From: Mesotaenium endlicherianum | Taxonomy: Eukaryota | Reading direction: 5' to 3' | DNA: 55,336 nucleotides | NCBI GenBank assembly: GCA_009602735.1 | Contig: WELA01001462.1 | Span: 181,539 to 236,874, forward strand | Shown here: piece by piece, positions 11,648 through 24,916 of the stretch | Position numbering within the stretch: the stretch's first letter is position 1 | Layout of the letters: every line of letters begins with the position of its first letter | Notes under the pieces: generated by a model | What the model was told of the DNA's origin: nothing | Database searches by the model: none | Seen by the model: the letters and a program-made list of their open reading frames with translations, nothing else | Translations under genes and position numbers: made by a program

Positions 11648-12446
11648 CGCCGTGACCTCCGCGAGATACCAACAACGACGGGCATCTGAATCCGAGTGCT
11701 CTTTTGGTGTTTAGGCAGTTCAAGAAGCATTTCAAAATGTTTGAAATGAATTGTAATTGCATTGTGGCCGAGTTTGGTCAGTACGACGAAGTACTAGACA
11801 CTGGGAGGAGATTTGAGCGGCCTGGATTTGCAAACATACGTGTGTTCTTGGGACCAATGAGGTTCTTGGGTTTCTGGAGTGAGTTTTTTTTGAAAAAGTG
11901 GAAATATATCTCCAGAAAAACTCGCATCCGGAACCTCCGGAGGCAATGATTGAACTTTGGGTTCGTTTTGGGTCGGGAACGCAACGAACCTGTGTGGATT
12001 TGGTAATCCTTGTGAATCAATGATATATCTTGATTGACGAATAAAAGATGGCCGAGACACGCGCAAGTAACTTCGAGTTTTGAGTGCAACATTGGGTATG
12101 CATATTCTGCTCAATGGGACCACACTGTTTGACGTGTACGCTACGCCAGGATACTTGGCACGACCGATGACTCCGAAATAGAAAAGATAAGGTGTGTGTC
12201 GATTCCTGAAAACGCAAATAACCTCGAGAGGTCATTTGCCTTTTGACCTATTCAATTCAATTTTCGTCATATTTCAATTTTACACGTCAATAAGTTGAAT
12301 AGAAAGCAGCCCGCGTAAGTGCACTGTAACCAACGAAACATGACCATTTTTTGAACTAAAAAAGACGCGTTGTACCGTCGGGTATACGCAGGTACACTCG
12401 AATAGAAAAGAATCTCTCGGTTTTGCCCACTCTAAATTGGCCCTAA
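11648..12446 (-). mobile_element. One arm of a non-autonomous PIF/Harbinger-like DNA transposon (TIR 12424-12443, TSD TAA)
   Basis: TGCCCACTCTAAATTGGCCC+TAA matches TGCCCACTCTAAACTGGCCC+TTA at 45308-45330. GGGCC-type TIRs with TTA/TAA TSDs are typical of PIF/Harbinger. Confidence 0.8.
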
Positions 12447-13494
12447 GGGGCCAATTTCAAAGGAAGGGGTAAGTATAAATCAAATTGGAGCGAGCTCCTG
12501 AAGGTTGTCGCGACTGCTATCCGTTTGACGATGCTGCACGCGCAGCGCAAGTCACGACCACTCAGGTACGGAAGTCAACGCTGATTTCTGTCTTATCAGT
12601 TGACCACCAATGTTCAGCATTGGTCCAAGTCACGTGCAAACTTGACTAGGAATTAGGTCAAATCCGACGCTCGGGGATGGGTGGGGTTTCATATCCCAGT
12701 CAACCGAGAAGCTGACTAAGCTAAAACCTGCAAAGATGTCGAGTCAGGTGCAAAGCTGGCTATGCTAAAGACAACCAGAAGATGCTAAGCCAGAAGCGCT
12801 GACCACGATGGCAATCTTAGGCGCTAGACTAGGGCCGGGGTTGCCACGACTTAAGCAGCCACCCAAGGGATATGGGCCGCGTCGTCATTAAGACCTGCAT
12901 GCTAGCAAAAAGGTTAAATTGCCCGGGTGATAAACTCGAGGAATGCATGCATGCGTTATTACGTGGTTGTGACGCAGCATGGGGACTTTCGAGAGGAAGA
13001 TGCCTGCATGCGTGGTGCCTGGGTAAGGCACGAGCATTGCACGCACTTACTGTAATGATTTTGCTTCTCACGAGGATCTTTACTCGATATTCAAGTATGA
13101 TTTAATATCAGCAAAAAAGGAATAGCGATAACTTCGAGAAAATAAACAATCCTTGTGAAAGCGAACATAAAATTAAAGTAGAATTTGTGCTTGTGAGAGT
13201 TGCATTCACAATGACTCTTGCAAGTATACATACTTGCACAACATGAGGCACTGGAGTGCTTTGAGTCACCACCTAGGGCACAGGTTCATGTTCAACAAAA
13301 ACAGGCGAAGGGGCATAGCCCGTTCGGCTGAATGCTCGTAATGCGCCGCTTGGCCGTTTGGAGACTTTTCGGCGGTTCACAAAAAACCGTTTCGCGCCAA
13401 AAGGGCGTTTTTGCGTTCACGCGACTTTCCGAAAAAGTCGCAATTGTTCGCGGGATTGCTTACGGATCCTTTCGTCATGATTAGGCAGTTGTGA

Positions 13495-13567
13495 AGACTA
13501 CCTTGCCAATCGGTTAGGTGTGAACGTTTCAAACGAAAGGCCGCGGGTTCAAATCCGCTCGAATGCA
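13495..13567 (+). pseudogene. Degenerate tRNA-derived sequence (pseudo-tRNA or SINE-head-like)
   Basis: A-box-like TTGCCAATCGGTTAGG and B-box GGTTCAAATCC at tRNA spacing; acceptor, anticodon and T stems are imperfect. Confidence 0.5.
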
Positions 13568-13947
13568 AAGCGACTTTTGTATATTTGATTTTGTTTGAAT
13601 TTTACAACTGTTCGATTTAAAGACTCGTCGTTAAACCAAAAGCAACGACAGTGGCATTATCCGAAATAGTGACAATCAAATCAGTTGATCAATCTATGAT
13701 TAATTAAGTTCTCTTCATAAATAATCAAAGTAGCTTTATGATTAATTATGTCTTACCATTGCGAAGTAGTCGAATTATTTTACGACGCTTTTTGCAATAG
13801 CATCTTGGTCGTTTCGCCAATCATCCAGGAATTAGTTGGCACACGCATGTGGCGACTGATTCATCAAGATGCAATCATTTATTGATAAATAGTATAACGT
13901 ATTTTAGGTAATTAGGAAAATACGCCTAAAAATCTCAGATTGTTACA

Positions 13948-15975
13948 CTCCTCTCCCCTAAAAGAACTTAACGTCCTCGTTAAGCATACGTCTTTTAAGT
14001 CATGTGGTGTCAATACTGGCCTTAGCTAGCGGGAAACACAGGTGAGCGAATGGACTTTGCATCATCACAGGGATGGAAAAGAGCGATTACTTGGCCGCGT
14101 CTCTTTTGCGTTTGTTCCTTGGCTTACGAATCGTACCATCTAGCACACTTGCCGTGGCACAGAGCTTTAGAGCAGTAGCCCATCATAACCAATTCTGCTG
14201 AACCAAGTCACTATAATATAGTAGGAGATTGTCATGAGGTTCGTACAAGTTCCAACTGGAGTCGTAATCTAGACATTTTATCAAAAGCTCCATTGTGGGA
14301 GGCTTATAACGGGTGTAGCAATGTCCTAAGACTTTCTCCACATCGCAGGCCTTATCATCATCGGCGAGTTCCACTTTGGGTGCCTGTGGTTGGTAACGGC
14401 CGTCAGACCTAAATAACTTAAGTAAACTGACATGGAACACAGGATGCGTTCGCCCCATGGATTTAGGCAAATCCAGTTGGTATGCAACAGGTTCAACCTT
14501 TGCAATAACGATAAAAGGGCCTACCCAACGAGGCAGAAGCTTGCGCTTTCCTGGGTGCTTGAGTTGCAAGTTTTTAGTTTGCAAAAGTACCTTATTGCCA
14601 ATTTCAAAACTCAACTCAGTCCTGTGCGTATCAACAAACTTCTTTTGCCAATCTTGAGCGGCGGCTAGTGCCAACTTTGCTTGTTCGTGCACCTCTTGAA
14701 AAGAGTGGAAAAAGAGGCGAGCACTTTGAACTCTCATGGTCGACATCCCCGCCTCTGCGTAAACAACGCGTGTGAGAGGAGTGTGCGGATGTCTTCCATA
14801 GTTACGAAAAAACAAAATTTTCTTAACACTCTCCTTATAAGCATTATTTACTGCGAACTCTGCAACTGAAAGGAGGGTGTCCCAGTTGTTTTGGCAAGGA
14901 TTCACATAATGCCTAAGGAACTGTTGCAGAACGCGGTTCATTTGTTCTGTCTGACCATCAGTCTGAGGATGGAAGCTAGTTGACATCTTAAGTGTCGTAC
15001 CAAAATGCAAGCAAACTTCCTGCCAAAAGTGGCTTGAAAATTGTGAGACAATCACTTCTGATCTCTTTGGGCATGCCATGTAACTGGAATACGTGATTGA
15101 CAAAAAGACGAGCTGTCTCCTTGGCATCAAGTGATGGTTTAGTGGCCACAAAGTGCACCATCGTAGTGAAACGATCCACGATCGTTAACACCCCATTGTG
15201 TTTTGTATCGGTGGTAGGCAATTCAATGACAAAGTCGAGGCTTATGCTTTCCCAAAGAGCACCTGCAAGTTCTAATGGATGCAACTTCCCAGCCGGCAAC
15301 GAGTTGCTAGGCTTATTCCTCTGACATGTTGCGTAGTTGGTGATGTACTCGGCAACATCAACCTTGAGGGACGACCAAATGTACCCTCGGCGCAAAGAGT
15401 GTGTGGTTCTGGTAATTCCATGATGACCAGAGTAAGGAGAGTCATGCGCTTCCCGTAGTAGCGCATATCTTACTGGGCCTACTAGGACAACAATGCGCCC
15501 ATTGTGCCACCAAAAACCGTACTCAAACGCATAGTTTGAGTGTTCTTTTGTCCATACTGTCCATCGTCACGGCTACACCGTTCAAGCCAGCATTCAGGAG
15601 ATCTAGGAAAAACAGATCTTTGCGATAACCCTCGTGAAACAGTCGATGCAGGTCAAGTGCTTCAGAGGTATGCATGCTATCCAAATCGGGTTGGCCCGCT
15701 TCACCAAGCCGGGCAACGGCAGATGTCTGGGGGTACAGCGGAATCAAGGGTGGCCACCCTCGAAGCTTGACCATTTTTGGTCTTGCAAACTAGCAACAGT
15801 CCCCAACATCTAATGGTGATGGAGAATTCAACTTAGAGGGTTCGCAGCATTGTTGCGACTAGGGCGATAAACCCAGTTAAAGTGGAATCGTTGCAAGAAC
15901 TCAGACCATCTCGTCTGCCGCCTCGATAGCGTTGGCTGAACTTGAAAGAAAGTATTTGGGCAATGATTTGTAATC
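13948..15975 (-). pseudogene. pol: Family C Gypsy pol 3' fragment (RNase H end, integrase, degenerate chromodomain) with PPT; its 3' LTR begins at 13947 and runs left
   Basis: LSRRQTRWSEFLQRF, WESISLDFVIELP, FHPQTDGQTE, RWVGPF, HPVFHVSLLK. PPT AGGGGAGAGGAG is followed by TGTAACA on the minus strand. The far LTR end could not be placed. Confidence 0.88.
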
Positions 15976-16711
15976 CGAGTTATGAAATACGTCTGTACAG
16001 CCCTTTTGTGTCGTACTGTACGATTCGGTATACTTCGTATGTCTGTCCGGCTGGGTACGCGTTAAACCGATAGCATTATTTTCGATTTTTTAAATTGTGT
16101 CGGTTTAATTATCGCACACGTTTTTTTTGTAAATTTGGACATCCACTTAAGTCTGGCGCACGTATGAACCCCTCGCGCCAATGCACACGTCGACGGGGAG
16201 GCAATTCGTGGAGTCTCGGAATTTGCCGTCTGAAATAGGATGGATGAAAGATTTAACCTCTTCCTCACCTGCCCTCGATCTGCCCTCGATCTGCCCTCGC
16301 GCTTCGCATTTTTTTGCAGCTGCAACATGTGTCTTCTTATCTGCGCTTCCAACTATTTCGCCAGTTTCTTGAAGCTGTATTACTCTGAGGCCTATGAAAG
16401 TAGTACCATGAAAACATAGACCCCCTTTTATATCCTTTTGCCTTACTTCTATCTGTTTCATGGAATTTGATGAAGAATCTTCGCAAACGTTATAGGGAAT
16501 AGGTCTTCATTTGTGGATAAAATCATGCGTTATAGATTGTAATGAAGACTACAAGAGTATGTTACAAGTCATGGACAAAACAGTGAGTGACCTACGCGCT
16601 CGTACTATCCGCATGCAACGCCTTCTTGTAGCTTACAAGGATCGGATGAAATTTGATGAAATAAAGACTTCACCACCTGTTAAGAGAATTGTTAGAACAC
16701 ACTTCTGGTTG

Positions 16712-17429
16712 TGAAATGAATCCACTTACCAAATAGGCGATTAACAATTAATAAAGATCTTTATATCAGCAAGTAATCTTTATGGTAATTTCCGCTAACT
16801 GGTTAAACGGCAAACGACAACACACTAGCGATGAATAATACTCGTAAGTCAAATGTGAGACTAGCATTAATAATGCAAATCAGTAAACTCATACATAAGC
16901 AAGGTTAGAAGACAGTGCGTATCAATGGCTTCTCGCCTTGGATTCAGATCGCTCTCAGTAAGCTGTACAAGAGAGTTGGCCTTGTTTCCGAATGCCGAAC
17001 TCGAGAGCAATGCCTAGCATATGTACATGGAATGAGTTTACTGTTCAACGGTCAGTGCGATGGCACCGCCTACCCGGGAGTTAACCACGTTGGTAGGACC
17101 TCGGTTAACCAAATCCACCGCCATCTCCCATCATCCCGAATAGCCATCCATCATAGGGATGTCATCTGGCCATTCATCTAGCATATCGTACTTAGGTGTA
17201 TATCAAGGCAGTTCGCTGCTACCGAGTACGGAAGTCAGCTGGCTGTCAAAGAATGGGTCAGCAAGCTGACTTATATGGACTTTCAGCCTGCTGCTTTCGA
17301 TTGAGTCAGCAAACTGATAATTATGTCAAGTCCAGCAGACTGACTATTAACTAAAGTTCAGCAGGCTGAACTTATTCAACTATTATATTTAAATGAATAT
17401 TACATCTAATAATATACTGATTCATTACA
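16712..17429 (-). repeat. Copy B3 3' LTR
   Basis: Direct repeat of 24917-25636 with TG...CA ends. Confidence 0.95.
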
Positions 17430-17542
17430 ATCCCTCCAACTTAACTTGTCGACGCCTCGACAACATTAAACTGCAAAAGCCTTAAATAAAGGAACTGACC
17501 CCGACCAGCCTCCCCTACTGATTGTCTTTTCAGCCTGTCACC

Positions 17543-19240
17543 TTAAGGGGTTGTTCCTGGGGCTTCTGGATCAGGAGACGGAGATCTGGACCTAGATCTG
17601 GACAGCCCTCTAGGTCTGTCAGCTGGCCTTCTAAAGAACCCTGTTTGCTCTAAAGTCGGGCCTCGAGGAGAACAAAGGATGGTAGCCTGTTCTTCAACCA
17701 CTTGGGTGTTGATCCCCACATAGACAGGCATTCCAGTAGGATGCTGAAATACATTGGCTAGAGGTACATGCCCCTGAGCGGAGGGGGAGGCCGGCATACC
17801 TCTGGCCCACCCGCGTGTCCCTCTTCTGGCACCCCTGTCCGCTGGGGATTTCTGCCTGTGTCTCTTGCCCAGTACAGTCAGATCAGCTTCTTCCCCTGCT
17901 TGGGCAGGTGGGCTGGGGGAGCGAGCGCGGGCTCCAGTTGTCGCCATAACGGGGATCACGTTCCAAATACCTGATCGTGGTTCTTTAGGAGGCGCCCCTG
18001 CCTGCCCCTGGGTATCCTGAGTACCTGCTGCTTATGCTTCTCCTCTGCCTTGTTCTTCTTCCTCATCCTCCTCATCCTCCTCCTCGGAGAGAGTAGGGGT
18101 CTCGTCCACTAAGTCGTCCTGCTCCCTAGTAGACATGGAGTAGTCTACCGACCTCCCTTTCTTAGGGCGCGCTGGAGGTTGCTTGGCCTTCAGCCTGCTG
18201 ATATCTATCCGGCCTGCATTCTTTGCCCATTTGACAAAGGCATGCTTTCCCTTAGAGAAGTACTCTCTTCCCCTCCTCCTATGCTCCTTGGTCTCTGCAT
18301 TCATATTGCTCAGGCATCCATTCAGCCTGGGGTCCCAAGGGGCAATGTGAGGTGGTAGGATGAGATAGCCGTCTAGGCCATAGTGGAAGTCATCCGGTTG
18401 GGCTCGGTCACACTCCTGCTTCTTATTTGTGACGGTCATCCACCTCCAGTCTGTTGGCTGCTGGTAATACTGGGGTCCGTGCTCAGCCTTCCTCAATTTA
18501 CACGGGAACCAGTGGGGAGAGAACATCTGCTGTCCTGCTTCCCTGGCCAAGTACTCCCAGCTCCTTCTCTCAACTTCATTGTAAGCTGGCAGGAGTGTGA
18601 GGTAGAATACCGTATCCTTAAAGCTATCGGGCCGCATGCTCACCATCCGGATGAGTCTCTGATCTCCCACTATTCCCAGTATGGGGACCGGCTTGTCCTC
18701 TGAATCATCTGCAAGATACCAGGCCTGCTCTGCTGTATAGTCCACCATCTTGGCATAATCTTCGTAGAGGACCACACCAGTGTGTGTCTCGATGTACCTA
18801 TCCAGTGCTGCAGCTCCTTCCCTCTGTAGCAGTGTTGTCTGTTCCAGCCTGTTGATCTCCTGGGCTGCCAGCAATGCTTCCTTCAGGTTATCGAAGTTTT
18901 GGCCACCCACCACAGTATACCTGTAAGTGGCCAAGCTCTTCTGCCTGTCCGCTTCAATCTTTTTTCTTTTCTCCTCTTCTGCCGCTGCCGCTTCTTCTTG
19001 CTGTTTCTTCTGTCTCTCCTCCTCAGCCTTCCTGAGGTTTTCCGCTTCCTGATCCTTCTTCCTCTGTGCCTCTTCTGCCGCCTCTTGTTGTCTGCGGACC
19101 CTTTCTTGTTCTCTCCTGGTGAGGGACGTCGCCGCCAGCTCCTTCTGGTATTGTTCCATTGTCCTCCTGGCTTCTTCTGCCTTGCGCTTTCTGTCCTCCT
19201 TTTGTGTGGTGTTGCCATCCTGTGCATGTAACCAGGGCAC
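17543..19240 (-). pseudogene. Family B accessory ORF3, divergent subfamily copy (~565 codons, one in-frame stop at 18032-18034)
   Basis: ORFs 18032-19240 and 17543-17959 share a frame. Motifs shared with copy 2: YNEVERRSWE.LARE, PTDWRWMT, LPPHIA.WDPRL, FSKGKHA, RG.PASPS..GHVPLA.V.QHP.GMP.YV. Confidence 0.88.
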
Positions 19241-19551
19241 AAGTTAGTAGGGTATGGACCTTTTTCATAGGGATTGCAGGAAGTATGTTAGTATTAGTAT
19301 AGTGGATTCGCTGCTATTCACCTTACAGGATGATTGCTAAAAGTTGACGTAGTTGCGATGCGCTAAACATAAACGTATGATTGTGTTGTAGGGTGAGTTA
19401 AGTGATGTAGTGTTCTGCGAGGCCCTTTTTCCTTCAGCTCAAGGTGCTTTATGTGGGCCAGGCTGTCCCCTCTGTCACTATGCTGACACTTAAGATTCAC
19501 GTAACTGTCCCTTTATCGCTCTCGCTCACTAACTGTCATATATTTTCCCCT

Positions 19552-22500
19552 TCAACTTAAATGGAGACAGGACCGCCTGTCACCTTCCCGTGTCAACTGA
19601 AATGACAGATATGAAGGGACTCCAGCGGCCCGAAGGTGGAACCGTTTCAACGCCCCTTTGGCATTGGTCAAGTGGTCCTTAAATTCCCAAGTGTCACCAG
19701 AGGCATCGTAACCCTTCCATCGAATGAGGTATTTCATGACATATTTAGACGATCGACGGACCGAGCGAGCGTCTAAACTCTCATCGACCTCATATTCCTC
19801 AGGGTCGCCGTCTCGAACAGCGGGGACCGGTCCCGGTTGGACAGGTTACCGACCTGTGAACAGTGTATCACCTTTGGTGTATGGTTCCAGGAGGGAGACA
19901 TTAAAGACCGTGTGACCCTTGTATTCAGCTGACATATTCAGTTTGTAAGCATTCTGACCGATACGACGTACCACCGAATATGGACCGACCCAGACAGGGC
20001 CAAGCTTTTTCTTGACCACACCAGGGAGGTACAGGTGCTGAGAATGCAGTTTGACTAAATCCCCCTTGGAAAATGTCAGTTTCCGACGGTGTTGATTAGC
20101 GTATATTTGTTGGTTTTCTTGGGCCTTGTGCAGGTTTCGTTGGACTTCTGACAGGGTGTCAGCAAACTCCTGAGTTAAACTGGAGGGAGACCGGGTTGTC
20201 AATCCCTTCAGGGCAAGTTAGAGACTCCCCCAGTACATCTAAAGGAGACTTTGGAACTCTTCCCAGGCTGAGTTCAAAAGGAGTCTTGCTCGTTGACGCG
20301 TGCACCGCACTGTTGACCGCAAACTGAATTTGAAGCAACAGGTCATCCCAATTATCTTGTTTTTGGTTAATATATGCTCTCAGCACCTCCTGCAGAACTC
20401 GGTTAGTTCTTTCAGTCTGCCCATCAGTCTGAGGGTGGTTTGCTGTGCTGAGCAGCTGTTTGACTCCCATTAACCCCATTAAAGCTCTCCAGAACTTAGA
20501 GGTGAATTTTGAGTCTCTGTCTGAGATGATATTAGAAGGTAGCCCATGTTGGCATACTACATGGTTGTACAATTGTCTCGCTGTTTCAAGTGCAGTTACT
20601 TTGACAGTTGTGGGGATGAAAATGACCATTTTTGTCAGTTTATCCACGACTACCAGTATTGAATCATGCCCATTAGCCGTTCGTGGCAGTGTGACCACCC
20701 AGTCCATGGATATAGTTTCCCAGCGTCCAGCTGGGATGGGCAGTGGTTGCAAGAGACCTCCGGGTGGTGTGTGCCGAGACTTATTTCTCTGACACTGGTC
20801 ACAGGACTTGACATATTTCAAGACCTCCCGGGGTAACCCCTCCCAATGATAATGTTTTGCCAGTTTGCCAACAGTTTTTGGCCTGCCCCAAATGTCCACC
20901 CAGGAGGATGTCATGCGCTTGACTCAGTAAGAGAGACCTTATTTCCAAGTTATTAGGAATGACCAGCTTCAGCCTGCCTGAAGTGGTTTCAGTCACCCAG
21001 ACCCCTCCCTTAAGCTTATACCCGAGTGCAGTAGCACGACACACACCAGTAGTGGGGCTGGGCTCAAATGTTGGGTCAGAAAGGTAGGCTTTCCTAAGTT
21101 GTTCAAGGAAGGACTTTTTCACCTTTAGTGAAGTGAGTGCACACAGGACTTTATCTACAGCATGCTGACTAAAGTTCCTTTCTTGCAAGTCAGGTCTTCT
21201 AGAGAGTGCATCAGCAGGATTCAACTTCCCTGGTTTGTAGTCGATCTGGACTTGGAACTGCTCCAGCATCTGGCTCCAGCGGTTCTCCCTCCTCGACAGC
21301 TTGGACTTCTTCTGAAAGTGGGTCAGAGCTAGATGATCTGTAATCACCTTAAAAGCTTTACCATGTAAGTATGCTCTCCACTGTTTGAGTACATGAATGA
21401 TAGCTAGCAGCTCTTTATCATGCACTGAGTAATTAATCTCCGCTGGATTAAATTTCATAGACTCATACAACACAGGATGCCACTCCTGCCGTACCTTACC
21501 ATCCTTTGTGGTTTTGTCAGCAGGCTGCAACAAAATAGCACCCATGGCAAAGTCAGAGGCATCAGTAACCACCTGCACCGGTTTGCTGGGGTCATACACG
21601 GCTAGCACTGGGGCAGAACAAAGGGCATCTTTAAGGGTCTGGAAGGCAGCCTGCTGCTCTTCCCCCTACACATACCCGATGTCTTTCTTAGTAAGGTCAG
21701 TCAGTGTACTGGCCTTTGTGGAATAATTCTCAATAAATCTCCTATAGTAGTTAGCCAACCCGAGGAAGGATCTAACTTCAAAGACAGACTGTGGTACTGG
21801 CCAGTCCCTTATGGTCTAGACTTTCTTAGGATCCACCCTGATGCCTTCCTTACTGACAACGTGTCCTAAGAATTCAATATTTTCCTTAAAGAAATCACAC
21901 TTGCTCATTTTAGCATATAAGTGATTTTTCCGCAGAGTAACCAGGACTGTTTTTAAGTGTTCAGTGTGCTGAGCTTCATCTTTAGAGAAAACTAAAATAT
22001 CATCCAGGAAAACTTGCACAAACTTATCCAAATAAGGTCTGAAAATGTCATTCATAGCACCCATAAAGGTAGCAGGAGCATTAGTCAGTCCAAATGGCAT
22101 CACGTTGAACTCATAGTGTCCATAACGTGTGCGGAAAGCAGTCTTGTGTTCATCCCCCTCAGCAATTCTGATTTGATGATAACCACTCTTGAGATCTATC
22201 TTACTGAACACCTTAGCACCAGACAGGGTATCAAGCAAGTCCTCGATTCTGGGTAAAGCATACTTGTTCTTTACTGTAATTCTGTTCAGGGCTCTGTAAT
22301 CCACACACATCCGCATACTGCCGTCCTTTTTCTTAACAAATGGGATGGGTGCGCCGTACGGTGATTTACTGGGAGAAATATAACCATTTTCCTCAAGCTC
22401 TGCAATCTGTATTTTCAACTCCTCGCTCTCCACATAAGACAAGCCATACGTGCGTTGCCAAGGTTGCTGACTCCCAGGTAATAGATCAATCCTATAATCC

Positions 22501-23420
22501 ACTTCACGCTTAGGGGGTAGTCCTGGAGGCATATTAAACACATCCGTGTACTGAGCAACAATGTTTGCAGCAGTAGGGTGCTCCGGAGGGCTTACTTTTT
22601 TCTCCACCACTTCTTCAGGTTGAGGAGGTACCTCTCTTAGCAGCAGACAGAATATTCTGTCTTCCTTCGGGTTCCAGCTTTTGACGAACTCCATTGCATT
22701 CAGCAACTTGCATCCTTCTGGAAGCCTCTTCTTTTCCTTCATTCGCCATCCACACTGGACAAGAGGAAGAGCACTGGTGGGTGCCAAGTCAGTCTGCCCA
22801 TCGCTGGCTCCTCTCACTTTAACTGTACCTCTGCTCCAACACACTTCAGCTTGATGTCTATTAAGCCAGGACCTGCCTAGCACGAGATTATAAAAGCCCG
22901 TGTTGAGTACCTCAAATGTAAGCGTTTCAGTTAGAACGGCAATGCCAGATCCTAACTGGACCTCAATAGGCTTGGAGATAACTCCTCCCGGGATACTTGA
23001 GGCATCTCCAAGGAATATTTTTCTATTCCTTTGGGTGACAGTAGGCAGCCTTAGCCGCTTAATTAAGTCCTTGTGAATAAAAGTATGTGACGCCCCTCCG
23101 TCAACAAATGCCCTCACCTTCCTACCTGCAATCATGCAATGCAGTAGGATAGGGGGAACTGTCTTTTCCTGACTTTCGCATTGTTCTCCTGACGTAGCAA
23201 AGAAATGTTGGACATCAGGTGGAACAAGAGCATCCAGAGTGTGCACTCTCTGGACGTCTATATTACTGATGGTCTCCTTTATCTGTTTGTCAGGCATGCA
23301 TAGTGAATCCAGTTCAGCAGGACCCATAATACCTGCTACGAGGGCAGCTAGTGACGACTCACTATCTCTAGCATCCTCACAGTCAGTAGACTGGATTACT
23401 GACTGTTGCTGTCTTTTAAA
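19552..23420 (-). pseudogene. pol: Copy B3 pol (PR-RT-RH-IN-chromodomain), with one stop and several frameshifts
   Basis: ORFs 21816-23327, 20799-21608, 20159-20914, 19846-20202 and 19552-19737 carry the canonical motifs in Gypsy order. Confidence 0.95.
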
Positions 23421-24882
23421 GGCTGGTCTTTTCTCTCAACCATGGGCAGGTGCTTGACTTGACACAGTTCTCTGTAGTGGCCTTTCTGCTGACAATGGTA
23501 GCAAGTAAATTTTGCTGAGGCTGGTCTCGGCTTAGTCCTACCACCACCCCTTCCATAGCCGCCTCGAGAGGACCCACCTCTACCTCTAGCCTGAATAGCA
23601 TTGTACTCATACTCATATCCATCACCCTGATTATCCTCAGCCTGGTCTCCTTCAACTGCATTGTAGGAACCGTGGGGCTTTTTGACAATCTTAGACACCA
23701 AAGCGTTACTCTGGCGCTTGTGATTGAACTGCTGCTGATCCCAGGCGTCAGCATCCTGGATCAAGTCAGCCAGTTTCTCATACTTTTTCTCAGCAAAATG
23801 ACCAGAGACCTCGGATTTCAAGCCATACCTGAAGTATGCTATCCTATAATGTTCTGGTAAGTCTGGCTGTTTCATCATGTTCTCCTGGAACTTTTGAGCA
23901 AACTCAGCAACTGAAGTGGTCTGCTTCAGTGTCAGGGAGATCATCGCATAGATAGCTTTCTCCTGCTGGTTGATGACATCAAACTTCTCATGCAACTTCT
24001 CGACAAACTCTACCCACGTAGGGTCACCGAGTTGCCGAGCCTTACGCTCTCCTTTCCAGTAAAGCCACCAGTCTGCGGCACTGCCTTTCAGTAGCGCACC
24101 GGTGTGCCTGACCTTCTCGTAATCTTGCAGTTCTGGGTAGTTCTCCAGCCACTGCTCAACATCCGCGAGAAACTTGATCAGGTAATATTTTCTGTTTCCC
24201 TCAGGATCATATTCCTGGGGAGGTTTTGGCTTGGGCTTACTAGGCCCTCGGCCACCACCACTAGTGGTTTGAGACCCCAGTTGGTCTCAGTCCCGCAGTA
24301 GGGACATAATGATTCTTTTGTCCTCCTGCTGGGACTGATACATGGTCGCCATTTGCGACTGCATCTGAACAAACAATGCTCCCAAGTCTNCAAGTCTTAC
24401 ACTCTGGGTGGTAGATTAGCAAATGCAGCAGCATCATTGGCATCTACTCGCTGAGTAGTGTCCTCAACAATCCCTCTCGCTCCTGCAGCAGCAATTCTTG
24501 CCGCATTCAGCCGGTCACGTATTTGACCTAGAGGTACATTGAGTTGTACAGCAGGAGGTGGGTTCTGAACATTGGCCCTTTATGCCATAAGTTCTTCAAC
24601 AGTGCGCTCGTCAGCTGGCTGTCCTTCCCTCCTTTCTGTATCTTCAGCGGCCTTTGCTACTTGTTCAGCTTCTAATCTGGCTCTCTTCTCCTCACCTTGC
24701 TGTGCTGCGATTGCGGCAATAGCAACTGCCTCATCTGCAGCCTCTCTAGCTGCAGTGTCTGCTACTGCTTCAAAATAGGTACGGTTTCCCGCTACATGGC
24801 TTTTCGCCTGGTTTTTGACATTCTCGTTATCCTGGTTCTCCATGTCTCGGGAGTTGCTAGTTTGAGACCTTGTCCTTACCAT
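23396..24882 (-). pseudogene. gag: Copy B3 gag (disrupted)
   Basis: MVRTRSQ start, LKQTTSVAEF, CYHCQQKGHYRELC knuckle; stop at 24580 and frameshifts. Confidence 0.92.
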
Positions 24883-24916
24883 ACAAAGAAGACTGTGATA
24901 ACTGCTCCGATACCAC

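Noticed and set aside
16272..16300. Short tandem GCCCTCGATCT repeat and other short repeats as CRISPR-like arrays
   Set aside because: No spacers, fewer than three units, and a eukaryotic context.
16915..17181. Repeated ORF MRINGFSPWIQ... (also 11084, 25123, 38253)
   Set aside because: It recurs only because it lies in the LTR. It starts at GTG, is antisense to the element and has no protein-like motifs.
24382..24398. CAAGTCT-n-CAAGTCT duplication in B3 gag
   Set aside because: It straddles an N, so it is probably an assembly join rather than a real mutation.
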